DNA of 64,000 nt from NCBI GenBank assembly GCA_022605425.2, contig JAKIMF020000004.1, forward strand, positions 248,001 through 312,000, read 5' to 3'. Positions 1-10,362 of this stretch are shown in pieces. Source of the DNA: Hamiltosporidium tvaerminnensis FI-OER-3-3 (taxonomy: Eukaryota > Fungi > Microsporidia). The position numbers and the translations under genes were made by a program. Within the stretch, counting starts at the first letter, position 1. Every line of letters starts with the position of its first letter. Under the pieces are notes generated by a model that did not search any database, had not been told where the DNA came from, and saw only the letters and a program-made list of their open reading frames with translations.

Positions 1-560
1 AAAACCAATCCGGTGTCATTCTGTTCAAGATAATTATTAAAACGTGTATCTGAGATTACGATTGATTGCCAGAACAAAACTTGACGGTAAATTTCGTAAA
101 ATACACCTGACTTTTTTTATTACAAACAATGGCACAATAAGATGCTCCAAACAAATTTGGAGTTCCTTATAAGCCATGTTTCTTATGTTCAAACCAAAAA
201 GCCAAACTAAAACAAATTTTTAGCCACCTAGATAGGCTTTTTTATTTAGCATCGCAGTTCTCGCATGATTACGTGAGAAATATTATAATCAAAAAAAATG
301 TACGTTCCAAACTACTGATCTGCTATAAAAAAAAGAATACATCAATAAAAAGTACGCAAATATTCTGCCAAAGTAATATTTTTATTACACAGAGAGAATA
401 TAAAGCAAAAAAAATCCGGCTTAGGTCAAAGAAGAGCATATAGAGACCCGTTTTAAAATCAAAACACCCCAACAAGTATCTAAAATACGCATTGATTCTA
501 TTAAGAAGAGGCTGTTAAGTATGTGAACAACAAAATGCGCGGCTCCAACGAGGTATAAAA
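1..560 (+). pseudogene. Possible decayed C-terminal fragment of an RLE-type non-LTR retrotransposon
   Basis: Broken frames give WHNKM, a CFLC Cys motif and an 'SRHDYVRNII' segment resembling the zinc-knuckle/RHD region before the RLE domain. Many stops. Confidence 0.3.
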
Positions 561-902
561 TTTACCGACTCAAAGCTCTAACTTAAATATTAGAAAAAGA
601 GTAAAATATCTAAATAAATTTTTGTGGGTATAAAGAGTGGAATTATGCAATTAAAAACAAAATCGAATCAATTTATTTAAATAAAATATATTTTATTATC
701 TACTACTTAAAAAGGTATTTATAAACCACAATCAAATATATTTTTTTCGAATTTTTAAATTTTTCACTCAGTTATTTTTAAAGGTAGAGAGTTCGGGCTT
801 GTTTCATGCTAAATTGTATTTGATAAAGCCCTTATTCACTACTTTTATAAATACATTGTTCCGTTTAAATATCGCTTTGAGCTCTATTATAAAACTACAT
901 AT

Positions 903-1631
903 TTTTTTTCTCTTCTATAGCATTTTTTTTACAAAATCGGTAGTATCTTTTATATTGTTTTGATGACGTTAACGGAGTTCTAGGTTTAAAATAAATACCT
1001 GAAACCTCAACATTCCATCGGTACCTCCACGATATCTACATCTCAACCCCTTTCAACAACCAGGTGTGTAGCACATAATTTATAGGTAAAGCAGTTGCCC
1101 GGAGTTCGTTAACGTCCGAAGTATGGAGTGTGATCGAAGGCCGAAGCCTTCGGGCTCCCCAAAGACTATGCAGCATTCCCACTTACTACACACTTTCAGA
1201 ACCGAATGAACATCCAGATAAGATATATTTCAGAGACTTACATGAAGGCCACTTAAACAGTGCAATGTCATACCAACAGGTATAACCTGCTACTTAGCTC
1301 ACCCGGCTTAAAATTGTTATATTTTTTATATCTTCCAGGTGCTAAGTCTTCTAATTCGAGTGTGCAAGGCTAGGTTTCTATGTTTTTACATGGCGATTGC
1401 CTACAATTTCTGCTGCAGTCTCCAACCGGTTACATAAAAACCTAATAAAATATATTTGTAAAAAAAGTTTCGCCATTCTAGAAGACCTCTTCTCCTCATA
1501 CAAACCCATGGACAACCGAGAATTTAGTGTGATTTTATACCCATAAAAAACAAATACCGATCTTTACACCGATTTTCAAGCTCATTTCCAAGTAGAAAGC
1601 TTTTATTGTGGTTATCCTAATTCCACTATCC
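903..1631 (-). mobile_element. ~710-bp dispersed repeat, copy A
   Basis: Colinear with 14683-15393 and with the reverse complement of 30817-31533. Shared blocks include aagactatgcagcattccc, tgcaatgtcatac and gttctaggttt. Confidence 0.85.
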
Positions 1632-1689
1632 ACTTCATATAATAATAAAAAATTTAAAAAAATAAAAAAACAACCCCTATGTGGCAAAA

Positions 1690-2325
1690 ATGTATTATTT
1701 AATTAAAATCTGGGTGAACAAATTTTCTCTCTTTTAGATAATCTCTTGCTCTTTTTCAACCACTTGATTATCTTCTTCTAAATCTGATTCTTTGTTTATA
1801 TATATTGTCGGTTCCTTCACTGTGGTTATGTCATCCAAAATATGGGGCATAATATTTTTTGTATTTTCTTTTTTACCACCATCTTCCTCTTCTTCTTGTT
1901 GCTTAAAGGGGTGTTAGTTGTTTATGCATCTCTGCTCCTAAAATAACACATAATGACGCTCTCTCCCAGCTCTTTCCGGATTGGTCCTGACTCAAATCCT
2001 CTTCTTAGATCAAGGAAAATTGTTTCGACTGTCCTCTTGAGACTATAGATTGTATATATGCCTCTATATTCATGGGTATATGTAATCTTTTAAGATACAT
2101 CTTATGATATTTTCTCACAATATCGTTTCAGGAGGCTACAGAAAGGATTATCTCAACACCAAACTTATAACTAAGACCAATCTTATTTGTTAATAAATCA
2201 TATTTCCTAAATTTCTGCGTTTTAACTGTTTGAAGTGAGCCTTGGGAAGGAATTCCTGCTTCAATGAGATTTATCTTGTTTTTTCTCTTGCCTAAAATAA
2301 TATATCGGGCCTATTACGCCGAATC
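1690..2325 (-). mobile_element. Decayed 3' fragment of RLE non-LTR retrotransposon (same family as 46982-47798)
   Basis: Reverse complement aligns with ~47165-47797 (RPD, IEAG, KFRKYDLL, PMNIEAYIQSIV, acidic tail) and has the same 3' end cccaga..tttaattaaataa. Frameshifted. Confidence 0.85.
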
Positions 2326-2979
2326 AATTTACAAAAATAAATATTAAGAAAGAATAAACAACGTTTTTAAGCTATTTGGTTTTACATTATATTTGAAAAA
2401 AAAATTACTTAAATTTATGGATTTTAACAGGTAATTACAGTAAAGAAAACAAAGTAACAGAATAATAAACGTAATGCTTTCTTATTAAATTAATCTCCTT
2501 CAATATGTTTCCATAAACGCTTTGACTATCGCGAGATTTTTCATTTTAAATTTATATCATATTTTTAATTAGAATATCTACTACAATATATTTTTCTTCC
2601 ATTAAATAACTATCAAGCTGGGGTTTGTCGGTTAGATGTGTTATTATCGAAATCTCTTTTTGATAGAACATAATCTCTATATTTAAAATTCTTTCAATTT
2701 ATTTGGGTGTCTGTTTGCAATCATTGCCACTTGATATGAGAAAAAATCATTCATCACACGACCAAGTAAATCATGATTAATATAAGTTTAAATTCTCATC
2801 TGATATCAACCATTATATTCATTTTCTGACCCACTTCCTCATTTTCTGAGCTCATTTTCGAAGATTTTACGATTTTGCATTAGAGTACTATAGCTACGTT
2901 AGCCATGAAATAGCTTAAACTGAAAATTATTTGTCGCTTTATTGATAGTAATGTTATACTTATGAATAAACACGGTAAA

Positions 2980-3700
2980 AAATCGATCAATTTTTACTTC
3001 ACATTGTTTAAAAGCGTTTTAGATAACCTTCTTTGGATCGTTTTATTTGCCCTTTCTATTTTAGCTTTATCTCTAAGATTTTCGGCTCATCAGTGGATTG
3101 TTCATTTATTTAGACTCCCGTGGTATTCATTTACAAGTAGGTTCAAATTATTTCCATTATCTGCCTGTAGGGATATAGCCTCGCCAAATTTCGAAAATAT
3201 TTTCCAAAGAGTCTTTTATTAGCTGAACACTCTTATTGAGTAATTTTGACGACCATATAATCTTAGTGTAGTGTCTATGGTGTTTATGATCCAAAAATAA
3301 CTATTGTTGAATTCTGAATAGCCCCACGAATCGACGCAATTTATTATAGATCTATCATTTTTGCGGTTATTTCATTTAGTTAAATATCTTGAATGGTACG
3401 GAGACTATTATATTTTGAACAAGGTTCATATTTTCTCACAAAATCTTTTTAATTCATGATGAAATACTATAATATTTTTATTTACAAGATAAACTATTTG
3501 ATTTATTCAGAATGACGCGAAAAATTTTTTTCATTGAAAATTATTTGAATTGCCTGGGTTCAAAATTCAAAGACACCTCCCTTGAAGGTTCCGTCTAAAT
3601 TTTTATAACAAAGAGATCGTTAACAATGGCAAAAAAACCAACTTTTTTTTCTAAAATCTTTTCCCGTTCTTTGTTATATTATTTGGAAATTTTTCAGAAG
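2980..3700 (-). pseudogene. Decayed retroviral-type DDE integrase (Ginger/Gin-like or Ty3/Gypsy IN)
   Basis: Minus strand reads WIINTID, FGEAISLQADNG (~3153-3189) and IERANKTIQRRLSK (~3020-3060), the D..D..E core. Interrupted by stops. Confidence 0.7.
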
Positions 3701-4305
3701 ATATACTCAAACATTTCCACTATTTTAAAAAGCGATTTCACTTCTAATACTTTTAGTATTACAGGATAGATTTAAATGAATTAAAAAATAATGAAAACAT
3801 TTAAAATGAGAATTTATTTTTAGTTCAAATACTCACATTTTTTTTGAATATAAAACATTTTTATCATTAAGACGTTAGTAATTTTAAAAAGATTTTTTTG
3901 TCTTACGTATAAAAAGATCTTTTGGCATAGCGTAATGGGGGTTTTATGTCATGGCGTAAAATTTATTAATATAGGAAATAATATTATGGCAAGACAGGAA
4001 CTGAAAATCAAAGATAAAAAATATAAACGGTTTTATTTAATGTTTAATACTTTGATTGTTGCCTTATCCAGTTCATTTCATGATAGTTTTAGACCATTCT
4101 AAAATTTTTAAAACACTCATAAGGGGTTGTTACAAGTGAAATGCAAGAGGATGTATGGCTTACGATATTATATAAGTAGTGGAAAAAAAATATTTTAATT
4201 TCCTTATTTAGTATTCAATACATTAATTATCCTTATATGTATTTATGATGAGTTTGTTAAATTCATTTTTTTACATATATTTTAATTTTTTAAACCATTT
4301 TATAA

Positions 4306-5733
4306 ATGAAAATTTCGAGAAAGCACAAAATAAATTTATTTATCACGACAGTTACAGTTTTATTTGTATGTGGGCTCATGTTAGTGTGTTATTTAAGCGC
4401 CAAGCGTACCAATGACATATTTTTTAAAAAATATGTTGCTTTTAAATCAGAAACAAGAAATGTAGAGCTAATAAAAATAATTGATTTAACTGACGAAATA
4501 TCATTAGATTTATATCCTGATTTTATTGGACCATATTCGTTCATTCGTAATGCTGAAAAATTACAATCAGATATTTTGGGGGAGATGATTGCATTTACAA
4601 TGAACATTGATTTTGATGTTGTAAAAATGATTGAAAATATCGTTATATTTGGATTTCCCGACATTTTTTCATTTAAAAAGGTTACTAACCTCTATGAGAA
4701 ATATAAACCGAATATATTTGCCAAAATAGGATTTTATTTGATGAGACGAAATATTGAAATTGGATTTTTATATAAATTCTATAGTACTCTTAAAAACATT
4801 AGAATACAAGACGATCAAGTTTGCAATGTGCTATTTCGAAAAAAACACTTCTTATCTGTGGAATTTAGAATATCTAAAATAGAACAAAAAGATTTGCCAC
4901 GAAGTGAAACGCCGGTCGAATCAAAAATTGATTTTGACTTAAGGGAATGGCGAAATTTTATATTATTTTTGTTAATTTCGGAATTCTCAACTGATTTTTC
5001 AATCACAGATGAAGAATTTGTTGATAGGGTTTCATTAACATGCAGAAAAGACAATGTTGAGCAATTTTCGAAAAGAATTGATTCTATAATCACATACCTC
5101 GGTTTTTGTTTTCCAGGAATTACTGAAACTTTACAGTTCATACAAAATAAGAAAAAGGAAAATGAGGAACAAAATAAAAAAGACAATTATAAAAACACAT
5201 ACTATATCCTGACAAATCAAACAAACACATATCTAAATCATCTTATAAACGATGTAATTATAGCAAATAGATTTAAAATCGAACAATTTTTCCAAAATAT
5301 TGATATTGGAATCAAGCTCATTATTGATAACATAATACGTAGCTTTGAATTCCCTCAACGAGATGCGATAGCAAAAATACTTCTACCAATTGGGAATATA
5401 TCTTTTATTACAGACACACGAGCAAATAATATGATCACCTTCGTTAAAATTTGCTTAGAATTTATTTGCCAAGTATATAAATGCGAGGGAATTGATTTAG
5501 ATACCCGTTTAAAAATAATATCGGATTTTCTCATAAAAAGAATACAAGAAGAAATTTCTAAAGATAATGACATATTCCTTGAGTTCATTTCATTTATAAA
5601 TTCCCACAGAAATTTAATAAGCAATGAAACTTTCAACCATTTGTTTTTAGGACTAATTATTGATTTAAGAGTATATAAAAACTTCACTAAAATTTTAAAA
5701 TGGAAATATACAAAACATTTTGAAAAACCTTAG
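4306..5733 (+). CDS. Hypothetical protein, N-terminal transmembrane/signal anchor (475 aa)
   Basis: Long ORF in AT-rich DNA, hydrophobic segment at aa ~9-31, aaaccattttataaATG start context. No domain recognised. Confidence 0.8.
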   Translation: MKISRKHKINLFITTVTVLFVCGLMLVCYLSAKRTNDIFFKKYVAFKSETRNVELIKIIDLTDEISLDLYPDFIGPYSFIRNAEKLQSDILGEMIAFTMNIDFDVVKMIENIVIFGFPDIFSFKKVTNLYEKYKPNIFAKIGFYLMRRNIEIGFLYKFYSTLKNIRIQDDQVCNVLFRKKHFLSVEFRISKIEQKDLPRSETPVESKIDFDLREWRNFILFLLISEFSTDFSITDEEFVDRVSLTCRKDNVEQFSKRIDSIITYLGFCFPGITETLQFIQNKKKENEEQNKKDNYKNTYYILTNQTNTYLNHLINDVIIANRFKIEQFFQNIDIGIKLIIDNIIRSFEFPQRDAIAKILLPIGNISFITDTRANNMITFVKICLEFICQVYKCEGIDLDTRLKIISDFLIKRIQEEISKDNDIFLEFISFINSHRNLISNETFNHLFLGLIIDLRVYKNFTKILKWKYTKHFEKP

Positions 5734-6309
5734 AGTATTTTTATGAAACATTAAATTTTTTCTATAACAATAAGTTAAATTGTTTTAATTTATCTAATAT
5801 GTCAATTATTTTATTTTAATAAGCAAATCTTAGAGAAATTTATTATCTAACCGTATCTACAAACATTTTCTTTGATTATTTACTTTGCATCATGTTGTAA
5901 TGTTTATATTTTTTTTGTCTAAGATTTTTCTTTATTCTTTATAGAAATGCTTAAACCTTTTTTTTATTTAAATTATTTATTTGAACTCGAATAGAATAGA
6001 AATATAGTTTTCATTGTTAAAACCATATATTTCGCACTTCTCCGATCTTTAAGCATATTATTCTTCTTTTATTGGATCTATGATCATCATTATTCGAAAA
6101 ACCAGTCTGATTTCGATTATTACTCAAATTAAAATAAGAATACTGGTTATTTATAATTTACTGATTTCAATATCTTTAGATCTAGCTTATCAAATTTATA
6201 TACTTATAAATTTACATTAAAAAATAGGACGAAATATTCCGATGAATATATCTCTTCAGTCAAAATTAGATAATCAAAAAACTTACTCAAACAAAAACTT
6301 TAATAAAAT

Positions 6310-6381
6310 TTCCGCAGCCGAGAATTGAACTCGGGCCGGCGGCGTGAGAGGCCGCAATCCTAACCACTGGACCACTGCGGA
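6310..6381 (-). tRNA. tRNA-Glu (anticodon CTC)
   Basis: Reverse complement TCCGCAGTGGTCCAGTGGTTAGGATTGCGGCCT-CTC-ACGCCGCCGGCCCGAGTTCAATTCTCGGCTGCGGAA folds as a full cloverleaf with TTC T-loop. Confidence 0.97.
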
Positions 6382-6659
6382 TGAAAAACGTTAAATTAGT
6401 AATATAAGACAACCCATAATCCCTGTTTTTAATACAACTAATATAATAGTAAATATAGTTGCTATTTTAAATCAAATAAATAATTAGAAGATATAGACAA
6501 AACAACTTTATTTAATCAATATTTCCATCAGAAATCCAGAACACTCTCCTTCTATTGAAACACTTTAATAAATAACCATCATATCGGCAAAAAACCATTA
6601 GTTTATAATTTCTTTATTTCTTCGTATAAAAACATCTAAAAAAATTAAAATATACTCAT

Positions 6660-6866
6660 TCAAACCCTTTTAATAACATAATAATTTCTATTTTTAATTA
6701 TTTCCCCCGTAGTATCTCCCATATCACTACATACACCCAATTTTATATTTTCTTTTAGTTCACATACATAATCTACAGAATCGACTGTAAAAATTACATT
6801 TGGTTTTATTTTAAATGATAATTTCTCTAATTTTAATTCCAACGGTGCTTGTATTACATCATACAT
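6660..6866 (-). CDS. Small hypothetical protein (68 aa; a 3' intron could extend it)
   Basis: ATG preceded by CCCC motif (agcccctttcaagATG). Normal amino-acid composition. Confidence 0.55.
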   Translation of the reverse strand: MYDVIQAPLELKLEKLSFKIKPNVIFTVDSVDYVCELKENIKLGVCSDMGDTTGEIIKNRNYYVIKRV

Positions 6867-7156
6867 CTTGAAAGGGGCTCCCTGTAGATCTTCATATTAT
6901 CAGTAAAAACAAATCTTATTTTTGAATATAATTATATCTGTAAAATATTCCATTATATATTTGAATAGTAAATAGACCATTATTATTCTTCTTAATATGA
7001 TTGTATCTGTAACATATTCCATTATATATTTAAATTCTTTGATAGAATAATTTTTCTTTCTGTTTATTTTTAGTAAGACAGTAAAGATTCATTTCTTTGT
7101 AAAATTTATTAATAATAATCAATATCAAACGTACTACTATAATATAATATAAAAAA

Positions 7157-7227
7157 AGGCTTATGGCGGAATTGAACCGCCATCTCAGCTTTACGAGAGC
7201 CGCATTCTACCATTGAACTAATAAGCC
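7157..7227 (-). tRNA. tRNA-Thr (anticodon CGT)
   Basis: Reverse complement GGCTTATTAGTTCAATGGTAGAATGCGGCTCT-CGT-AAAGCTGAGATGGCGGTTCAATTCCGCCATAAGCCT, followed by an oligo-T Pol III terminator. Confidence 0.96.
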
Positions 7228-8962
7228 ATTTATTTTTTAATTTTTGAGATTATTTAATATAAATTTTGTATTTCATAAAAAAAAAGAATAAAAATATAAA
7301 TAGCGTATTCTAAATATCTATGTACACTTGAATTTTAAGTAAATTCTTACTTTTTTCAGCAAAACTGATTTCTTAAAAATTAATGAAATAGAAATTTAAA
7401 TAAAGATAGATTCTGAATAAAAACTGATATCAACCTTTCAAAAAAAAACATCATTTTTTTTATTGAAATAAAATTAAACAACCTCACCCTTATTATAGTA
7501 AAAATTATTATATAGAGATTATTTTTTCAAATCTTTGAGATAGAAATTATAGAAGTAATAGTATGTCAACCATAGAGTTAAACCTTATTTATAAGTGTAG
7601 TGTTGAAATAATCCCTTATTTTACAACCTTTAATGGTATTGTAACAAAATAATATCCGAGTTATCTTAAAAGATTTCAAATATCCATGAATGTAGAGGCA
7701 TATATATAATAAAAACCATTATAATGATTTATTTATTTAATATCGATAAAAAAAAGGTTATACTTGAGACTAAATCTTGATATTAATTAAAAAACATATA
7801 ATTTTGTAATATATTGTTTTAAATACAGAAGAAAAATCATATTCCAACTAAATATATAAATTAAAGGTAAAAAAGCTTTAATTCTTATATTATTGAAACA
7901 AACGCTAATAAAAAAACTCGTAATCTAAACATTGAACAACGATAAGAAAGAGAAACCTATATTTTATTTTTAATAAAAAAAATAATTAACTCTAATGTAG
8001 TATATAAAATACTTTTATCAAGCAATAACCAAAACACCGTATCTATAATAGATATTTATACATTTATAATTCCCAAAACAAATAAAAAAATTTACACAAA
8101 CACTTTATCTTGTATTCAATTGTTTCTTTTACAAAGTAAATCGTAAATTATTATATATGACTATTTATACAACAATGATACAGGTAAAAAAACCCACTAA
8201 TATAATATCTGCTTGTCATTAGTTAAATAAAATTAGTAAAAATTATTTTTTAAATTTTTACAGGAATGAAAAGAACATCACATTTTCGATTTTTAATATG
8301 AGTTCGTGAAAAAATATAAAAACCTACATAATGGTTAACTTTTCTTAAAAAGAAAGTTTGCATTTTTTATGGGCTAAACTAGAAACTAGTATCTAACTCA
8401 TAGATAATTACCATGTAAAAGTATATTTAATTATATTTGCTCACTCGCATTAGAAAATTTAGTGTTTGATAGATAAAAAAAACGTATTTTTTAAAAAATA
8501 TAGAAAGCTTAATAGCTGGTTAAACTTATTTTATTACATTGCAAACTCCAGGTTTACCAAAGTATGTCACAGATATATATTTTTGTCAGAGGCTTTATTA
8601 GTTTCTTAAAGTCTAGAGTAATTAGGTATAGTAAAAGTCCGTAAATCCAAAGGTATATTCTACATTAAAACCACTCTCTTTACAAACAATTTACCCAACC
8701 TAAGAAACTAATCATTCTTTAAATATTTTCTAAATACTTTTTAGACGAATAACCTAATAATATATAAGTAATATAATAATATCAATATAGTATACTAAAT
8801 ACCATTTAGGTATCTTAAACAAAGAACTAAGTTAATCTCATGAAAATAATATAAAACTTTAATTAAAAAAAAAGATATTTTTAAATAAAAAATATTTCAT
8901 TATCATATCAACAAAAAAACAAGAATAAATGATCAGTAAATACAATAAAAATTATCATCTTA

Positions 8963-9110
8963 TTATCACTCAATAGTTATATCAGTACCTTTATCACTCA
9001 ATAGTTATCATTATTATATCAGTACCTTTATCACTCAATAGTTATCATTATTATATCAGTAATTTTATCACTCAATAGTTATCATTATTATATTAGTAAT
9101 TTTATCCTTA
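8963..9110. repeat. ~38-bp tandem repeat upstream of frataxin
   Basis: ttatcactcaatagttat core occurs 4 times. Confidence 0.85.
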
Positions 9111-9299
9111 TATCCTTTACAATATACTTTTATGATTATATCTTTTACAATATACTTTTACAAGAATACCTTTTTATTCACAGTTATATTTACACATTTA
9201 CATTTATCCTTATACCTTTATAACTAAATATTTTCAATACTGTCATCATTACACATTTATATTTTATCTCAATTGTTATATTTACACCCCTTTACTTAA

Positions 9300-9629
9300 A
9301 TGATACCAAACACACTACCACACACTTTATACACACAACTAGCAAACAAAACACTTTCAAATATTTATGATTATTTAGATAATCAAAATATAGACAGTAC
9401 ATTAGATTATACTAACAGTGTTATTACTTATAAAGTAGCTGGTATAGGTGATTATGTGTTTAATAAACAACCACCACTTCAACAATTATGGGTATCTTCA
9501 CCATTAAGTGGTCCTTCTCATTTTGAGTGTAAAGATAAACAATTTATAGAAAATAAAAGTAAAGAAGAAATAACAGGTTTTATAAAGAAAGAGATAGAAA
9601 GTATAATAAATAAGAGGAATAAGAGGTAA
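9300..9629 (+). CDS. YFH1: Frataxin (mitosomal Fe-S cluster assembly)
   Basis: Signature YVFNKQPPLQQLWVSSPLSGPSHF. 109 aa, no obvious presequence, CCCC motif before ATG. Confidence 0.95.
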   Translation: MIPNTLPHTLYTQLANKTLSNIYDYLDNQNIDSTLDYTNSVITYKVAGIGDYVFNKQPPLQQLWVSSPLSGPSHFECKDKQFIENKSKEEITGFIKKEIESIINKRNKR

Positions 9630-9862
9630 TGTATAGTGGGATAGAGGGTATGATAATAGGTTATAAGGAAAGTATAATAAATAAGAGGAATAAGAGGTAA
9701 TGTATAGTGGGATAGAGGGTATGATAATAGGTTATAAGGAAAGTATAATAAATAAGAGGAATAAGAGGTAATGTATAGTGGAATAGAGGGTATGATAATA
9801 GGTTATAAGGAAAGTATAATAAATAAGAGGAATAAGAGGTAATGTATAGTGGGATAGAGGGT
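9597..9862 (+). repeat. 71-bp tandem repeat (~3.7 units) containing the last codons and stop of frataxin
   Basis: gtataataaataagaggaataagaggtaa starts at 9601, 9672, 9743 and 9814. Confidence 0.95.
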
Positions 9863-9889
9863 CTGCTATAACACTCTTTAAAAAATAGT

Positions 9890-10360
9890 AAAATATTTAA
9901 GATAAATAAAACCCCTTTAACGGTTATGAAATTTAAGATAAATAAAACCCTTTAACTATAATAAAATCTTGCCTATAAATAAAACCCCTTTAAGTATTAT
10001 GATATTAAAGATAAATAAAACCCTTTAGCCAACAGTAATATTTTACTTTTAAACAAACCCCCTTTAACTATTAGTAAAACATTTAAGATAAATAACACCC
10101 CTTTAACCAACAATGAAATATATAAGACAAATAACACCCCTTTAAAGCCTAATATATTCTTTTAAAAATAACTACTAATAACACTCTTTTATTATAACAC
10201 CCCCTTTATTAAACATACTTACTAATCACCACACTAACACCTTTTATACTACTATCACTGTACTAAAACCCTCTAACATACTCCTTATCACTAACACCCT
10301 CTAACATACTCCTTATCACTAACACCCTCTAACATACTACGATAAACTAACACCCCCCTT
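9890..10360. repeat. Imperfect C-rich tandem repeats downstream of COP1
   Basis: Repeated agataaataa(a/c)acccctttaa units, plus a 28-bp unit ccttatcactaacaccctctaacatact at 10283 and 10311. Confidence 0.8.
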
Positions 10361-10362
10361 CA

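Noticed and set aside
1150-1245. Group I intron-like motifs (cagagact, atagtc) in the 710-bp repeat
   Set aside because: The motifs lie on opposite strands or in the wrong order for P7, and there is no host gene.
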